Shown here piece after piece: positions 1-12,558 of a stretch of 64,000 nucleotides of DNA (the stretch's first letter is position 1; each line of letters starts with the position of its first letter). The DNA is from Eledone cirrhosa (taxonomy: Eukaryota): contig OZ024748.1 in the NCBI GenBank assembly GCA_964016885.1, positions 17,670,001 through 17,734,000 on the forward strand, written 5' to 3'. The notes beneath the pieces are model-generated. The model was not told where the DNA came from. It made no database searches and worked only from the letters and a program-made list of their open reading frames with translations. The position numbers and the translations under genes were made by a program.

Positions 1-16
1 CATAAACCATATTAAA

Positions 17-210
17 ATAATTGTTTCTACTTTTGGCACAAGGCCGGCAATTATCCCAGTGTGCATTACTGATACTACATTTTATCGACCCCATAAGGAT
101 GAAAAGCAAAGTTAAACTCGGTGGGATTTGAACTCAGATCGCAAAGGGCCGTAACTCTATGCTGCAAAGCATGACGTCCGACCCTCTACCGATACTGTCA
201 ATCCACCGCC
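17..210 (-). mobile_element. tRNA-derived SINE, family A (Meta-domain-like)
   Basis: Minus strand: A-box-like TGACAGTATCGGTAG, B-box GAGTTCAAATCC, Meta-like core CTTTTCATCCTTATGGGGTCGATAAAATG, tail CTTGTGCCAAAAGTAGAAACAATT; many copies in the window. Confidence 0.8.
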
Positions 211-399
211 TGCGTGTTGAGGTTGACAGGAGTCCAACACGTGACCACTAGTTCCCTCGTCTAGTATGCTATCCAATGACCCACAAGTGAGTATCATAAT
301 GTTACACTCTGTTTAACTCTACACCTTGCTACTGACATGAACCTAGACATCGAGTGCTCACCTGGGTGAACCTACCTACAGTAACATCACGTTACACTC

Positions 400-600
400 C
401 CTGGATAAAGACGTTTTTTCCAATTCCAATTCCAACCCGCCCGACCCCTCAAACTATCTTATTTCTCATTTTTTTCTTCTGATGAAGGACTAGTGTCTGA
501 AACGTTAAGACCCTCTTCCTGCTATATCAAGCGTTAACCTAATGTGTCCCTTCCATATACTGTACCGATTGTGTTGTTATTTCTGTTTACCTTTTACATA
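400..600 (+). mobile_element. Short non-autonomous PLE-type repeat carrying a minimal hammerhead (family H1)
   Basis: Homologous to ~27390-27540(-), ~31910-32060(+) and ~61440-61615(+); ends at (AT)n. Confidence 0.65.
475..510 (+). ncRNA. Minimal type I hammerhead ribozyme
   Basis: TCTT-CTGATGA-A-GGAC(TAGT)GTCT-GAAACGTT-AAGA: stem I TCTT/AAGA, stem II 4 bp, palindromic AACGTT stem III. Confidence 0.75.
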
Positions 601-615
601 AATATATATATATAT

Positions 616-957
616 GGAGGCACATGGCTTAGTGGTTAGAGCATTGGCCTTGCAATCGAAAGGTTGTGAGTTCAATTCTCAGACCGGGTGATGTGTTGTT
701 TCCTTGAGCAAGACACTTTATTTCACATTGCTCCAGTTTACTCAGCTGTAGAAATGAGATGATAGGGACTGGGGTTCCTATCATTCCACTGCAAAGTGGT
801 CGTGGAGGTACCACGGCAAAAAAAGCACCCAGCACTCACTGTAAATGAGGTTGGTGTTAGGAAGGGCATCCAGCTGTAGAAATCAAGCCAGAATCAGTTC
901 CCGCCCCACCCTTGCAAGCAGGGAAAAGCGGACGTAAAATGAAATGAAATGATGATG
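616..957 (+). mobile_element. tRNA-derived SINE, family B (CORE-like body, RTE-like tail)
   Basis: A box TGGCTTAGTGG, B box GAGTTCAATTC, CORE-like TCCTTGAGCAAGACACTT, tail GGAAGGGCATCCAGCTGTAGAAA...GGACGTAAAA(TGA)n; near-identical copies at 2560-2903 and 35440-35803. Confidence 0.8.
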
Positions 958-1230
958 TACGTAAAAGCAGCAAGTCCACACTGTAAAGTGGTTCTTTTGG
1001 TGCCATGATAAAAAGCACTAAGTCCACACTGTAAATGTGGTTGGTGTTAGGAAAGGCATCCAGCTGTAGAAACCAAGCCAGAAACTGTTTTGTATGAGCA
1101 AGACATGGTCATCTGATCTGATTTATCTCACAATGGGACGACTCATCTAACCCATTCTAGTTTGGAATAATAGATGTTAAACAGTGATGATGATATATAT
1201 ACACAGACACACATATATACATATATATAT

Positions 1231-1424
1231 TATAAAGAGTTAGGACCCAACAGATGAGCTCTTGCCTTTTCAGCAATTAGTTCCAGTCTGGAACTAACTG
1301 TTGAAACACCAAGAGCTCAGCTGTGGGGTCCTGACACTTTATAATATAGTCATACTCTACTATCCCAAGTATTAAGCATTCTGTTGAGTAATGGTCTAAG
1401 CAGTTTCAAGCTGGTTCTATCTGG

Positions 1425-1430
<6 letters not shown>
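1231..1430 (+). mobile_element. Fold-back (palindrome plus tail) element between (TA)n tracts
   Basis: Imperfect palindrome ~1231-1342 centred on TAGTTCCAG-T-CTGGAACTA, then tail CTCTACTATCCCAAGTATTAAGCATTCT related to 1733-1765 and 60770-60805. Confidence 0.55.
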
Positions 1431-1475
<45 letters not shown>

Positions 1476-1558
1476 AAAATTGAACGGGAACAAAACAGAG
1501 AGGCAGTACAACAAATGTTTATTAATTTCATGCTCTTGAGAGTGGGGTGGTGGTGGGG

Positions 1559-1592
1559 AACGACGTTTCGGGCATAAGCCCTTCTTCAGGTG
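1559..1592 (-). ncRNA. Minimal hammerhead-like motif
   Basis: Reverse complement CAC-CTGAAGA-A-GGGC(TTAT)GCCC-GAAACGTC-GTT; core and stem II clean, stem I only 2 bp. Confidence 0.6.
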
Positions 1593-1904
1593 AAAAGTGT
1601 GTGGGAAGAGAGTTCAAAGGGTGTGTAGGGGAGTGGTGGAGAGACATATAGCAAAAAGGGGGTGAGAGGAAACGGTGCAAATGAAATATATATATACATA
1701 TATCAGGGATCCTGACTCTTTTCCTATTACCCACTCTACTACCCTAAGTATCAAGTACTCTGGTATGTCATGGTCCACCTGGTTCCTTACCACACTTTCA
1801 TTGTTATATATATATATATTGAAATAGAAAACATTTCAGAGATAACTTATTTGTGAAGACTATACTTACTTTTAGTAGGTCATATTCTTTCTTTTGTCTA
1901 TATA

Positions 1905-2501
1905 TCTCTATATATAAAGTTGTAGCTCCTGTCTGTTTGTTTGTTTGTTCACAAACTCCTCCTATGATTTTGGAGATAGACCCCCATAACCATATATATT
2001 CTGAAACTACATTGTCCAGGGTACTTGGATAAGTATATTTCATTTTAATCAAAGGGTTCCCCGGGGCACAAACCCCTGCTGAAAATGTTCTCCCTTCGAT
2101 TTATATGAAATTTAAACCATAGGTAAATGACTAGATATGATGCCTATTCACAAAATTTCAACAAATTTCAATAATATTAAGAAACCCAAATGGGGGTTAA
2201 ACCTCCTATAGTGAACATTTTGGAAGCCCAAATAAAATAATGCTTTACACAAAAATAAAATGATTAAGTTTTGAATTGATATTTTGAAAAAATTTATTTA
2301 CAAGAAACAAAATAAGAATAATGTAATTTTGATTTGATATATTACAAAAAATAATGTTTTCCAATTTTTCATGCATTACATTTTACATTGAGTAATATTG
2401 AAATGCAGAGTTTTTCTCCATAAATTATATCACTGATTTAAAATCAATCATTTTCTTACAAAAAAGATGTGTGAAACGCAAGGTGCAAGTAATTCAGCTA
2501 G
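1905..2501 (+). mobile_element. Non-autonomous Helitron-like element
   Basis: Starts TC(TCTATATATAAA), short (GTTT)n near the 5' end, ends CTAG, sits between A and T; subterminal hairpin weak. Confidence 0.5.
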
Positions 2502-2559
2502 TATGTATATACGTATATATATATATATATATATATAAATACACATAAACACACACATA

Positions 2560-2903
2560 TCATCATCATCATCATCATCATTTTACGTCCGCTTTTCTCT
2601 GCTTGCAAGGGTGAGACGGGAACTGATTCTGGCTTGATTTCTACAGCTGGATGCCCTTCCTAACACCAACCTCATTTACAGTGAGTGCTGGGTGCTTTTT
2701 TGCCGTGGCACCTCCACGACCATTTTGCAGGGGAATGATAGGGACCCCAGTCCCTATCATCTCATTTCTACAGCTGAGTAAACTGGAGCAAAGTGAAATA
2801 AAGTGTCTTGCTCAAGGAAACAACACATCACCCGGTCTGAGAATTGAACTCACAATCTTTCGATTGCAAAGCCAATGCTCTAACCACTAAGCCATGTGCC
2901 TCC
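2560..2903 (-). mobile_element. SINE family B, full length
   Basis: Reverse complement of 616-957. Confidence 0.8.
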
Positions 2904-3224
2904 ATATATATATATTGGGTTTTGTTCTTTCTTTAGCCTAATAGGAATGGCAGCTCATTGGTGTATCAACATATTAGAATTCTATCATATTATTCATCAA
3001 GACGTTTTAGGCCATAACCCCGCAAACAAATATAGTTCTTTCCTGTACATGATATATTGGTTTATATTCAACAATAACCGCAGACTAATTTGTGTCTTAA
3101 TATTCTGTTTCATATCGAGGCTAGAATGCCTATATTCTTTATATCTGGATTATTAATTCAGTTCTTTCTTATTTTGGGGGAAACCCTAAAAGGACAAGAC
3201 AATTACTATGAGAGGTGTCGAATA

Positions 3225-3666
3225 TACTGATATATATATATATATATATATATACATACATAAATATTTATATATATATATATAATATATATATATACAT
3301 ACATATATAAATATTTATATATATATAATATATATACATATATATATATATATACTGATATATATATATATATATATAATATGTATACATATATATACAT
3401 ATATAATATATAATATATACAATATATATATTTAATATATATATAGAATATATATATATATATAATATATAATATATATATATATATATATATGTATATA
3501 CAATATATATATATACACTATATATATACAATATATATATATACACTATATATATATATATATACACTATATATATATATTCAATATATATATATACAAT
3601 ATATACACTATATATATATATACAATATATACACTATATATATATATATTCAACATATATATATAT

Positions 3667-3713
<47 letters not shown>

Positions 3714-4083
3714 TATATATATATATTCAACATATATATATATATATAATATTGTATATATATATATATAATATATATATACAATATATATATATAATAT
3801 ATATAATATATATATACAATATATATATATAATATATATAATATATATATACAATATATATATATAATATATACATATATATAATATATATATACAATAA
3901 CCCATGCTAGCGTGGAGGAACGGACGTAAAACGGTGATGATGGTGATGATGAATATATATATATACAATATATATATATAATATATATATACAATATATA
4001 TATACAATATATATATACAATATATATATACAATATATATATACAATATATATATATAATATATATATATAATATATATATAT

Positions 4084-4140
<57 letters not shown>
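3225..4140. repeat. Degenerate (TA)n microsatellite with an embedded SINE/RTE tail remnant (~3898-3951)
   Basis: Direct reading. Confidence 0.9.
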
Positions 4141-4744
4141 ATGAACTGACAAGAAGTAAATCAAGATCCTCAAAAACATTCTTTACAATTGTGTTAAGCT
4201 CTAAGATAATCTCCTTTCTCTATCTCTACTTGAAAGATACATCTATCATTCCTTATGTTTTGTTCGATCTCCACCAATTCTGATCATGTGTTCTTGTTGT
4301 TTGACCACTGGTACTGTCTGGCTCATAAAATGTTTAAAAAATTAACATACAAGTGGCTGAGCATTCCACAAACACGTGGAACCGTCCTCATCAGAAGTAA
4401 TGGAAGTCCAGTACACATACATATACAAGAAGACACAATGGCCACTCTTGAAAATACTTTGATTATAAGACAGTTTGATCAGGACTAGTAAATATATGGA
4501 GTCATGTGGTTAGGGTGTTGGACTCAGGACCATGAAGTCGTCGATTGGATTCTTGGACCAGGTGACAAGATACTTCATTTCACACAGGTTAAATCACCCT
4601 AGAAACCTTCAATGAAACATCCAAAACATTTCATTTGGCAGAGCTTTCCATAATAGAACTGAGATTTTTATCATGAAAACACACTAGAAACCTATTTCTT
4701 CATTTATATATTGTTACTGAACATGTCTAACTTGAAGTAAAACA

Positions 4745-6455
4745 GCAGCAAAAAAAATAGTAACAAATACAGTAACCTCAAAAATAGTAAAATCAGCAAT
4801 AGCTTCAACAATAGTAATAACAACAGCAGTAGCAACAACAATAGTTACAACAAAAGCAATAGCAACAAAACAGCAAGAACAACAACAGTAACAAGAACAG
4901 TAATATCAAGAACAATAGCAATAGCAAGAACAACAGCAATAGCAACAGAACAGTAATAACAGCAACAACACCAATAATAGTAACAACAGCAATAGCAACA
5001 AACACAGTAACAGCAATAGCAACAAAAACAGTAACAACAACAATAGCAACAAAAACAGTAACAACAGCAATAGCAACAAACACAGTAACAACAGCAATAG
5101 CAACAAACACAGTAACAACAGCAATAGCAACAAACACAGGAACAACAGCAGTAGCAACAAACACAGTAACAACAACAACAATAGCAACAAACACAGTAAC
5201 AACAACAATAGCAACAAACACAGTAACAACAACAATAGCAACAAACACAGTAACAACAGCAATAGCAACAAACACAGTAACAACAAACACAGGAACAACA
5301 GCAATAGCAACAAACACAGTAACAACAGCAATAGCAACAAACACAGTAACAACAATAGCAACAACACAGTAACAACAACAATAGCAACAAACACAGTAAC
5401 AACAACAACAATAGCAACAAACACAGGAACAACAGCAATAGCAACAAACACAGTAACAACAACAATAGCAACAAACACAGTAACAACAATAGCAACAAAC
5501 ACAGTAACAACAATAGCAACAAACACAGTGACAACAACAATAGCAACAACACAGTAACAACAACAATAGCAACAAACACAGTAACAACAACAGCAATAGC
5601 AACAAACACAGTAACAACAACAATAGCAACAAACACAGTGACAACAACGATAGCAACAAACACAGTAACAACAACAATAGCAACAAACACAGTAACAACA
5701 GCAATAGCAACAAACACAGTAACAACAACAATAGCAACAAACACAGTAACAACAGCAATAGCAACAAACACAGTAACAACAATAGCAACAACACAGTAAC
5801 AACAACAATAGCAACAAACACAGTAACAACAACAGCAATAGCAACAAACACAGGAACAACAGCAATAGCAACAACACAGTAACAACAGCAATAGCAACAA
5901 ACACAGTAACAACAATAGCAACAACACAGTAACAACAACAATAGCAACAACACAGTAACAACAACAATAGCAACAAACACAGTAACAACAACAGCAATAG
6001 CAACAAACACAGTAACAACAGCAATAGCAACAAACACAGTAACAACAACAATAGCAACAACACAGTAACAACAACAATAGCAACAAACACAGTAACAACA
6101 ACAACAATAGCAACAAACACAGTAACAACAACAGCAATAGCAACAAACACAGGAACAACAGCAATAGCAACAACACAGTAACAACAGCAATAGCAACAAA
6201 CACAGTAACAACAATAGCAACAACACAGTAACAACAACAATAGCAACAAACACAGTAACAACAACAGCAATAGCAACAAACACAGTAACAACAGCAATAG
6301 CAACAAACACAGTAACAACAACAATAGCAACAAACACAGTAACAACAACAATAGCAACAAACACAGTAACAACAACAATAGCAACAACAATAGCAACAAA
6401 CACAGTGACAACAGCAATAGAAACAGTAACAAAAACAGCAACTGTAACAAAACCA
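4745..6455. repeat. (CAA)-rich minisatellite with variable ~23-30 bp unit AACAAC(A/AGC)ATAGCAACAAACACAGT
   Basis: Direct tandem repetition; accounts for the three low-complexity minus-strand ORFs. Confidence 0.9.
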
Positions 6456-6626
6456 GCATCGTTCATGTACCATATAGCAATATAGGGGGGGGGGGGTTCT
6501 ACTACATAGTCAGTGAATGAAAGTCGATATTTGAAGAAAGTATTATAACGTTAAGGCACTTATAACAACTTGATCTTTCCACTTAACATATATATATATA
6601 TATATATGGTATATGCTATATATATG

Positions 6627-6744
<118 letters not shown>

Positions 6745-6762
6745 CTTGTATGTATATATATG

Positions 6763-6808
<46 letters not shown>

Positions 6809-6817
6809 TATATATGT

Positions 6818-7097
6818 TGTTTACTCGAGAGAAGGCTACGTTGGTATGGACACGTGATGCGCATGAAAGTCGATAGCTGTATAACAAAGTGCAGGGCAAT
6901 AAAGATAGACGGTAGTCACGGAATAGGCAGACCTAGAAAAACCTGGGACGAGCTGATAAACTCCGACATCACACACTTACACCTCTCCAAGACAATGTCA
7001 CTGGACCGAGACCTTTGGCGGTACTCAGTAACAGAGAAGACCCGCCTTACCTAAATATATAGTAAAACCTACTCCAGCCAGTAGGCATCTCTAACAA
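6818..7097 (+). pseudogene. 5'-truncated RTE-clade LINE 3' end
   Basis: Translates [15 protein letters not shown]...GRPRKTW...DRDLWR...* (stop at 7054), the typical RTE ORF C-terminus. Confidence 0.8.
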
Positions 7098-8066
7098 AAT
7101 ATCTGCTTTATGTATTGTATACCTAATTAACATATACTAATTAACATATACTATTGAAATAAATATATAATTTTTAACTTAGTTAACATATAATTTATAT
7201 GCTACTACCGATGTAATACTTTATTTTATTTTTATTTGGGTTTCTTTTCCCTATTATTAACTTTAATTTAGTTATAATGTAATTAATAATCTACTACTGT
7301 TTGACTTCATAATTCTGCTTCAAATATTATAAACCTAACTAATTTACACCTTGGAAATCAATATGTTGACTATCTTTGGTTTAGTTGACATATGATTAAT
7401 GGTATACTTTTTTATTTTGTGATGCATAGATTTCGTATTTCCTAGCATTGAAAATATGTAAGAACATACATTGAATTAAGATATGGAAAATATTATAGGT
7501 TTCTTGAAACATATATTTACTTTGATCCCCTTCTCCAAACCCCCCCCTTTCCCCCATACTATTATCATCTGTTTTTGTAAGTGTATATGTATGAATTTGG
7601 GTAGATGGGTGTCTATATAGTTTTTTTTTTGGTATTTTTTTTTTTTTTTGGTATTTATTTCTAGATATAAAAATACATATATGAGCATGTAAATATGAAT
7701 GTAAGATTGAGTGTGTATATATGATTGTACATACATATGTATGTATATGTATGTATATATATGTATTATATATGTACGTGTATGTGAATGTGTGGTATAT
7801 ATATGTGTAGGTATATGTATATATGTGTGCGTATGTGTATGCTTATATATAGGAATATATATGTGTGTATATATGTATATATGTATATGCGTGTTTGCAT
7901 GTATGTGTATATGGGTTCTGTATATATTTGTATGTCTCTCTATTTATATGTTTATCTTCGTATCTATGTGATATATGTGTGTGTGTGTGCATGTATGCAT
8001 ATGTATGTGTTTATGTGTGTTTGTATGTGTGTGTGTGTATATATATGTATGTATTTGCGCACACTC

Positions 8067-8104
<38 letters not shown>

Positions 8105-8192
8105 GAGTGTGTATGTGTGTCTGTATGTGTGTGCGTGTGTATATATGTGTATATATATATATATGTGTATGTATGTGTATGTGTGTGTATAT

Positions 8193-8236
<44 letters not shown>

Positions 8237-8375
8237 ATATAGGTGTCTATGTGTGAATATATGTCTTTATTCGTATGTGTGTATTTATATATGTTTATAT
8301 TTAGGTGTATGTATGTATGTGTATGTATGTATGTATATGTATGTGTATGTATGTATATGTGTATATGTGTGTATA

Positions 8376-8412
<37 letters not shown>

Positions 8413-8504
8413 CTTTATTATTATTGTAATATAACTTATGTGTATATGTGTATAAGTGAGGTTGTGTATGTATATATACTATGTGTATATATAAGGGTAA
8501 TGAA

Positions 8505-8535
<31 letters not shown>

Positions 8536-8634
8536 CATGTCTGTATTTTATGTGCGTGTGTATATATATATATATATGTGTATGTGTGTATGTATGTATG
8601 TATGTATGCATATATGTGTACGTGTGTGTATGTT

Positions 8635-8682
<48 letters not shown>

Positions 8683-8793
8683 TGGATGTTTGTATGTGTT
8701 TTCATGGTGGTATGAGTGTGGGATATATATGTTTATGTATAAGTATATGTATGTGTATGTATATATATATGAGTCTATGTGTGTGTGTGTATA

Positions 8794-8842
<49 letters not shown>

Positions 8843-9964
8843 ATGTGTGTATGTGTTGCGCGTGTGTGTGTCCGTATTTTTATCTTTTTATCTTTTTATA
8901 TGTGTATGTGTATGTTCGTGTAAATGTATGTGTGTGTATGACAGTATAGGTATGTGTGTATGTATGTATGTGTAGATATCTCTATGTGCGCGTACATGTA
9001 CGTATGTGTATGTATATCTGTATGCGTATGTACATTATATTATATGTAATATATTTTATTGTTTTTATTTTTTTATTTTTCATAATTTATAGATACATTT
9101 ATATTAGGCTGTCTGTCTGACAACCTAATACTGACCCCTCCCCCCCCCTCCCACCTAATTTCTGTATCTTGATCTTGAAATGTGCGTACCAGTGTGTTTA
9201 TGTGAGTGACTTAATTTCTATTTGCTTATGATTTTATATCCACATATATAAATGTGAGTGGGGGGTGTGTGTGTGTTTGTGTGTTCGTGGTTATGTGTAT
9301 ATTTATATATATACGCACATGTATGTGTGATTATACTGATATGTGTGAGTATGAAAAAAATATATTTATATGCTTGACTACATAAGTATCATTGCGTTTC
9401 TTATCAGCGCATTAAGCTTACAGAGATATTAACCTTGACATTTTTTATTTGCATCCATCTTTTTAGTATGCACATACATATTATACACACATTATTGTAA
9501 AATGTGTGTAGGGTTTTACATGTATATACACACACCAAACTGCTTTTTAACCCTTTGTGTTTTCATTGGTCAATTTTGAACTGATATTTTGAATTGTTGT
9601 TATTATCAATAAATATACTTCATTATTTCTGAAGACGGCGTATATATGTGTTAGGTATGTATATTTAATCTTGATAATTTGTATAATTTTGTATAATTTT
9701 GTACATAGATCTGTTAAATATGCATACCAATTATAGCACATATATGCCCTAGAAACGATCGTTAAATAGTGAACTTTTTTTGTTTAATATAAGGAATTGT
9801 TTGTTCATTATTTGTTTAATATTTTATCTTGACTCTGTATACCGTTTATCTTTCACCGAAATTGGATTTTCATTACATCTCTTCTTTCCATGATATCCGG
9901 AATACATTGAGTTCTTCATACGGATTGGACACTACCGTAAACTCTTGGTAGATTTATCTACATA
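7098..9964 (+). repeat. 5' pseudo-LTR of the PLE
   Basis: AATATCTGCTTTATG...GGTAGATTTATCTACATA repeated at 13295-16152; offset drifts only from 6197 to 6188. Confidence 0.93.
9619..9773 (+). ncRNA. Type I hammerhead ribozyme with extended stem II (pLTR copy 1)
   Basis: Stem I TTCATTATTT/AAATAGTGAA (10 bp); CTGAAGA 9629-9635; stem II 9637-9668 pairs with 9714-9748; GAAAC-GATC-GTT 9752-9763. Confidence 0.75.
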
Positions 9965-10116
9965 ATTTTGCTCCTATTTTCACGGAAATATTCGTATTTT
10001 TGTACTGTATGTGTGTATTAATTTTATATTTATGTATATACATATATATATGTATGATTTTGTAAACCCATATACATTTAGTTGAGCTCTTTCAATTGTC
10101 CATCATCCATATCACA

Positions 10117-12558
10117 ATGGAAAAACAATATTTAGGAACCTCCTTAAAAAACATACCAATACCTTCTAAGGACGACTTCTTACTCCTTATGATTCAGAAA
10201 ACTAATAATTTTATCAGAAGGGTTAGATGGAGAGCCTACCACTTTGATAGAAAATCTAAACAAGCAGATCGGAAATATATGTATGATTTCAACACTTACA
10301 AGAATCCACCACACAACTTTTTACTTGAAGACTTCGAGAAAGACCTTTTTAATTTAATTAAACATCTCAAATTTAAAAAGTATAAATCCGTCTTTCAAAA
10401 GGACCTTGATTCTACCCTATTGGACCTAAAAAAGTCTAAAAAAATCCATGTCCACTCGGACAAAACTGGTAACTTGTATCATATGGATATTGAACATTAT
10501 AATGAGTTCATATATAAAGAACTCAGAAAAAGTTATAAAAAATCTAATAATGCGTCACTCACCAATATCAACAACAAAACACACAACATAGTAAAAAAAC
10601 TAAATATTGAAGATAGAACTGAACCTTTGGCATTGAGAAGTCCACACTTCAACCTGAAAGATCACAAATCTAACTTTAACTCTAATCCTTCTATTAGACT
10701 TATATGTCCCTCCAAATCAGATATTGGAATAATTAGCAAAAAAATTTTAGATAGAGTCATCCCACAAATAAGAAAATACGTTATTTTACCACTCTGGGAA
10801 AATACCTCCCAGGTAATTAATTGGTTTAAAAATATTAGGTGTAAATCTTCTGCTTCTTTCCTACAGTTTGATATAGATAACTATTATTCTTCTATATCAC
10901 CCATACTCCTGAACAAAGCATTAATATTTGCTAAAAATAGATCTAATTTAACTTCGGATGACATTAACATTATTACACATGCTAGACAAACACTTATTGA
11001 ATTTCAGAATGAATACTGGACCAGAAACACTTATAGTAATCTTTTTGATATTACTATGGGTTCAAGCGATTCTGCCCAAATTACTGATCTTGTGGGCCTC
11101 TTTCTCCTTTTCAACATAAATGCCTCTTTTCCCCACCTCAAAGGTGGTTTATATCGTGATGACTGTCTTCTTCTTTCTAACAACCTTAGCCTTTCAGAAA
11201 TCGAAAAAAACAAAAAGCATATTAGAACTTTCCTTAAGGACTATTATAATCTTAATATTACTTTTGAAAAAACAAGTAAAGTAGTAAATTTCCTAGATAT
11301 AACTTTAGATTTAGCTACGGGTATATACCAACCTTACCATAAACCTAACCAAAACTTACATTACATACACTCACAATCTAATCACCCTAAATCTATCCTT
11401 AAAAACCTTGCATATAATATATCACTTAGAATTTCTAACCTTTCTTCTAACCAAGATGTATTTGATAAAAATGCGACCTTTTATAATGAAGCTCTAGATA
11501 GAAGTGGCCACAAAAATAGATTAGAGTATATAACTTCTACTAAAAATACTGAAAACATACAGCATAATATTACCAACAAACACCAAATGAAAGGTACACA
11601 CCTAAATGCCACCCACAGTATACCCCAAAATACTAAATCTTCTAATATAAAGTATAGTAACCCTCAAAAAACTACTCATCATAAGACTATAATAAATATT
11701 AATAATAAAACTCCTAATAAAAAAGATAAAACACCTAAATCTACAAATATAACTAAAAATAGTTGTGGTGAGATCATTAACATTATTCCTCCTAGTAAAA
11801 ATCATGATACAACATATAAAAATAATAAAAATAATAAACAACATAGAAACCGTAATAGACGAGTTACTTGGTATAATGCTCCTTTTAATTTACAAGTTAA
11901 GGATAATATTGCTAAAAAATTTTTTTATATCCTTGAGAAAAACTTCCCGCCAAACCACAAATACCATCAAATCTTAAATAGGTCTACAGTTAAATTCTCA
12001 TATTCTACAACAAATAACATAAAACAAAATATAAGTGCATATAATGCATATAAATGTAAGAAAACTATAAGTATACCACCAGTACATCAAATTAACAATA
12101 ATATCTCCTCAAATACAGAATTAACGAAAGGATGTAACTGTAGAAACAAAACAAACTGCCCATTAAAAGGGAATTGTCTTGTTAACAACATAGTCTATAA
12201 ATGTAATGTTAAAACTAAAGATTCTATTTGCTCATATATAGGAGCTACCTCTAACAATTTTAAGACAAGGTATAATACCCACAAACATAGCTTTAAAAAT
12301 GCCGCACTGGCTAATACAACATCTCTAGCAGAAAAAATCAATAGTTATAAAAATAAAAATATAAAATATGATTTGACCTGGAGTGTGCTCAAAAGAGCCA
12401 CCCCTTATCAAAATAATAGAAAGGAATGTAGATTATGTTCCCAAGAACTATTTGAAATAATGAAGTCTAGGGATATCTTATTAAATAAAAGACAGGAATT
12501 AATTATATCGTGTAATCATAAACTAAAAAAAACATTTAAATATTATAAACCTAATTAA
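10117..12558 (+). CDS. PLE polyprotein: reverse transcriptase plus GIY-YIG endonuclease (813 aa from first ATG)
   Basis: SLKNIPIPSK N-terminus, SDKT, FDIDNYYSSI (motif A), TMGSSDSAQI (B), YRDD (C), FLDITL, YHKP..SNHP thumb, CNCRNKTNCPLKGNC linker, IVY...YIG..T...F..R...H, CRLC..E...LN.R.E; no stops or frameshifts. Confidence 0.95.
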   Translation: MEKQYLGTSLKNIPIPSKDDFLLLMIQKTNNFIRRVRWRAYHFDRKSKQADRKYMYDFNTYKNPPHNFLLEDFEKDLFNLIKHLKFKKYKSVFQKDLDSTLLDLKKSKKIHVHSDKTGNLYHMDIEHYNEFIYKELRKSYKKSNNASLTNINNKTHNIVKKLNIEDRTEPLALRSPHFNLKDHKSNFNSNPSIRLICPSKSDIGIISKKILDRVIPQIRKYVILPLWENTSQVINWFKNIRCKSSASFLQFDIDNYYSSISPILLNKALIFAKNRSNLTSDDINIITHARQTLIEFQNEYWTRNTYSNLFDITMGSSDSAQITDLVGLFLLFNINASFPHLKGGLYRDDCLLLSNNLSLSEIEKNKKHIRTFLKDYYNLNITFEKTSKVVNFLDITLDLATGIYQPYHKPNQNLHYIHSQSNHPKSILKNLAYNISLRISNLSSNQDVFDKNATFYNEALDRSGHKNRLEYITSTKNTENIQHNITNKHQMKGTHLNATHSIPQNTKSSNIKYSNPQKTTHHKTIININNKTPNKKDKTPKSTNITKNSCGEIINIIPPSKNHDTTYKNNKNNKQHRNRNRRVTWYNAPFNLQVKDNIAKKFFYILEKNFPPNHKYHQILNRSTVKFSYSTTNNIKQNISAYNAYKCKKTISIPPVHQINNNISSNTELTKGCNCRNKTNCPLKGNCLVNNIVYKCNVKTKDSICSYIGATSNNFKTRYNTHKHSFKNAALANTTSLAEKINSYKNKNIKYDLTWSVLKRATPYQNNRKECRLCSQELFEIMKSRDILLNKRQELIISCNHKLKKTFKYYKPN

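Noticed and set aside
616-690. tRNA gene
   Set aside because: A/B boxes present but it continues into a SINE body and recurs as dispersed copies.
4805-6473. Three ORFs over 500 aa rich in Cys/Val/Leu
   Set aside because: All three minus frames of a (TTG)-rich minisatellite; open only because the repeat lacks stops on that strand.
9940-10085. Possible PLE 5' intron ending at CATTTAG (10075-10081)
   Set aside because: Acceptor plausible and PLEs can carry introns, but no convincing donor; unsupported without transcripts.
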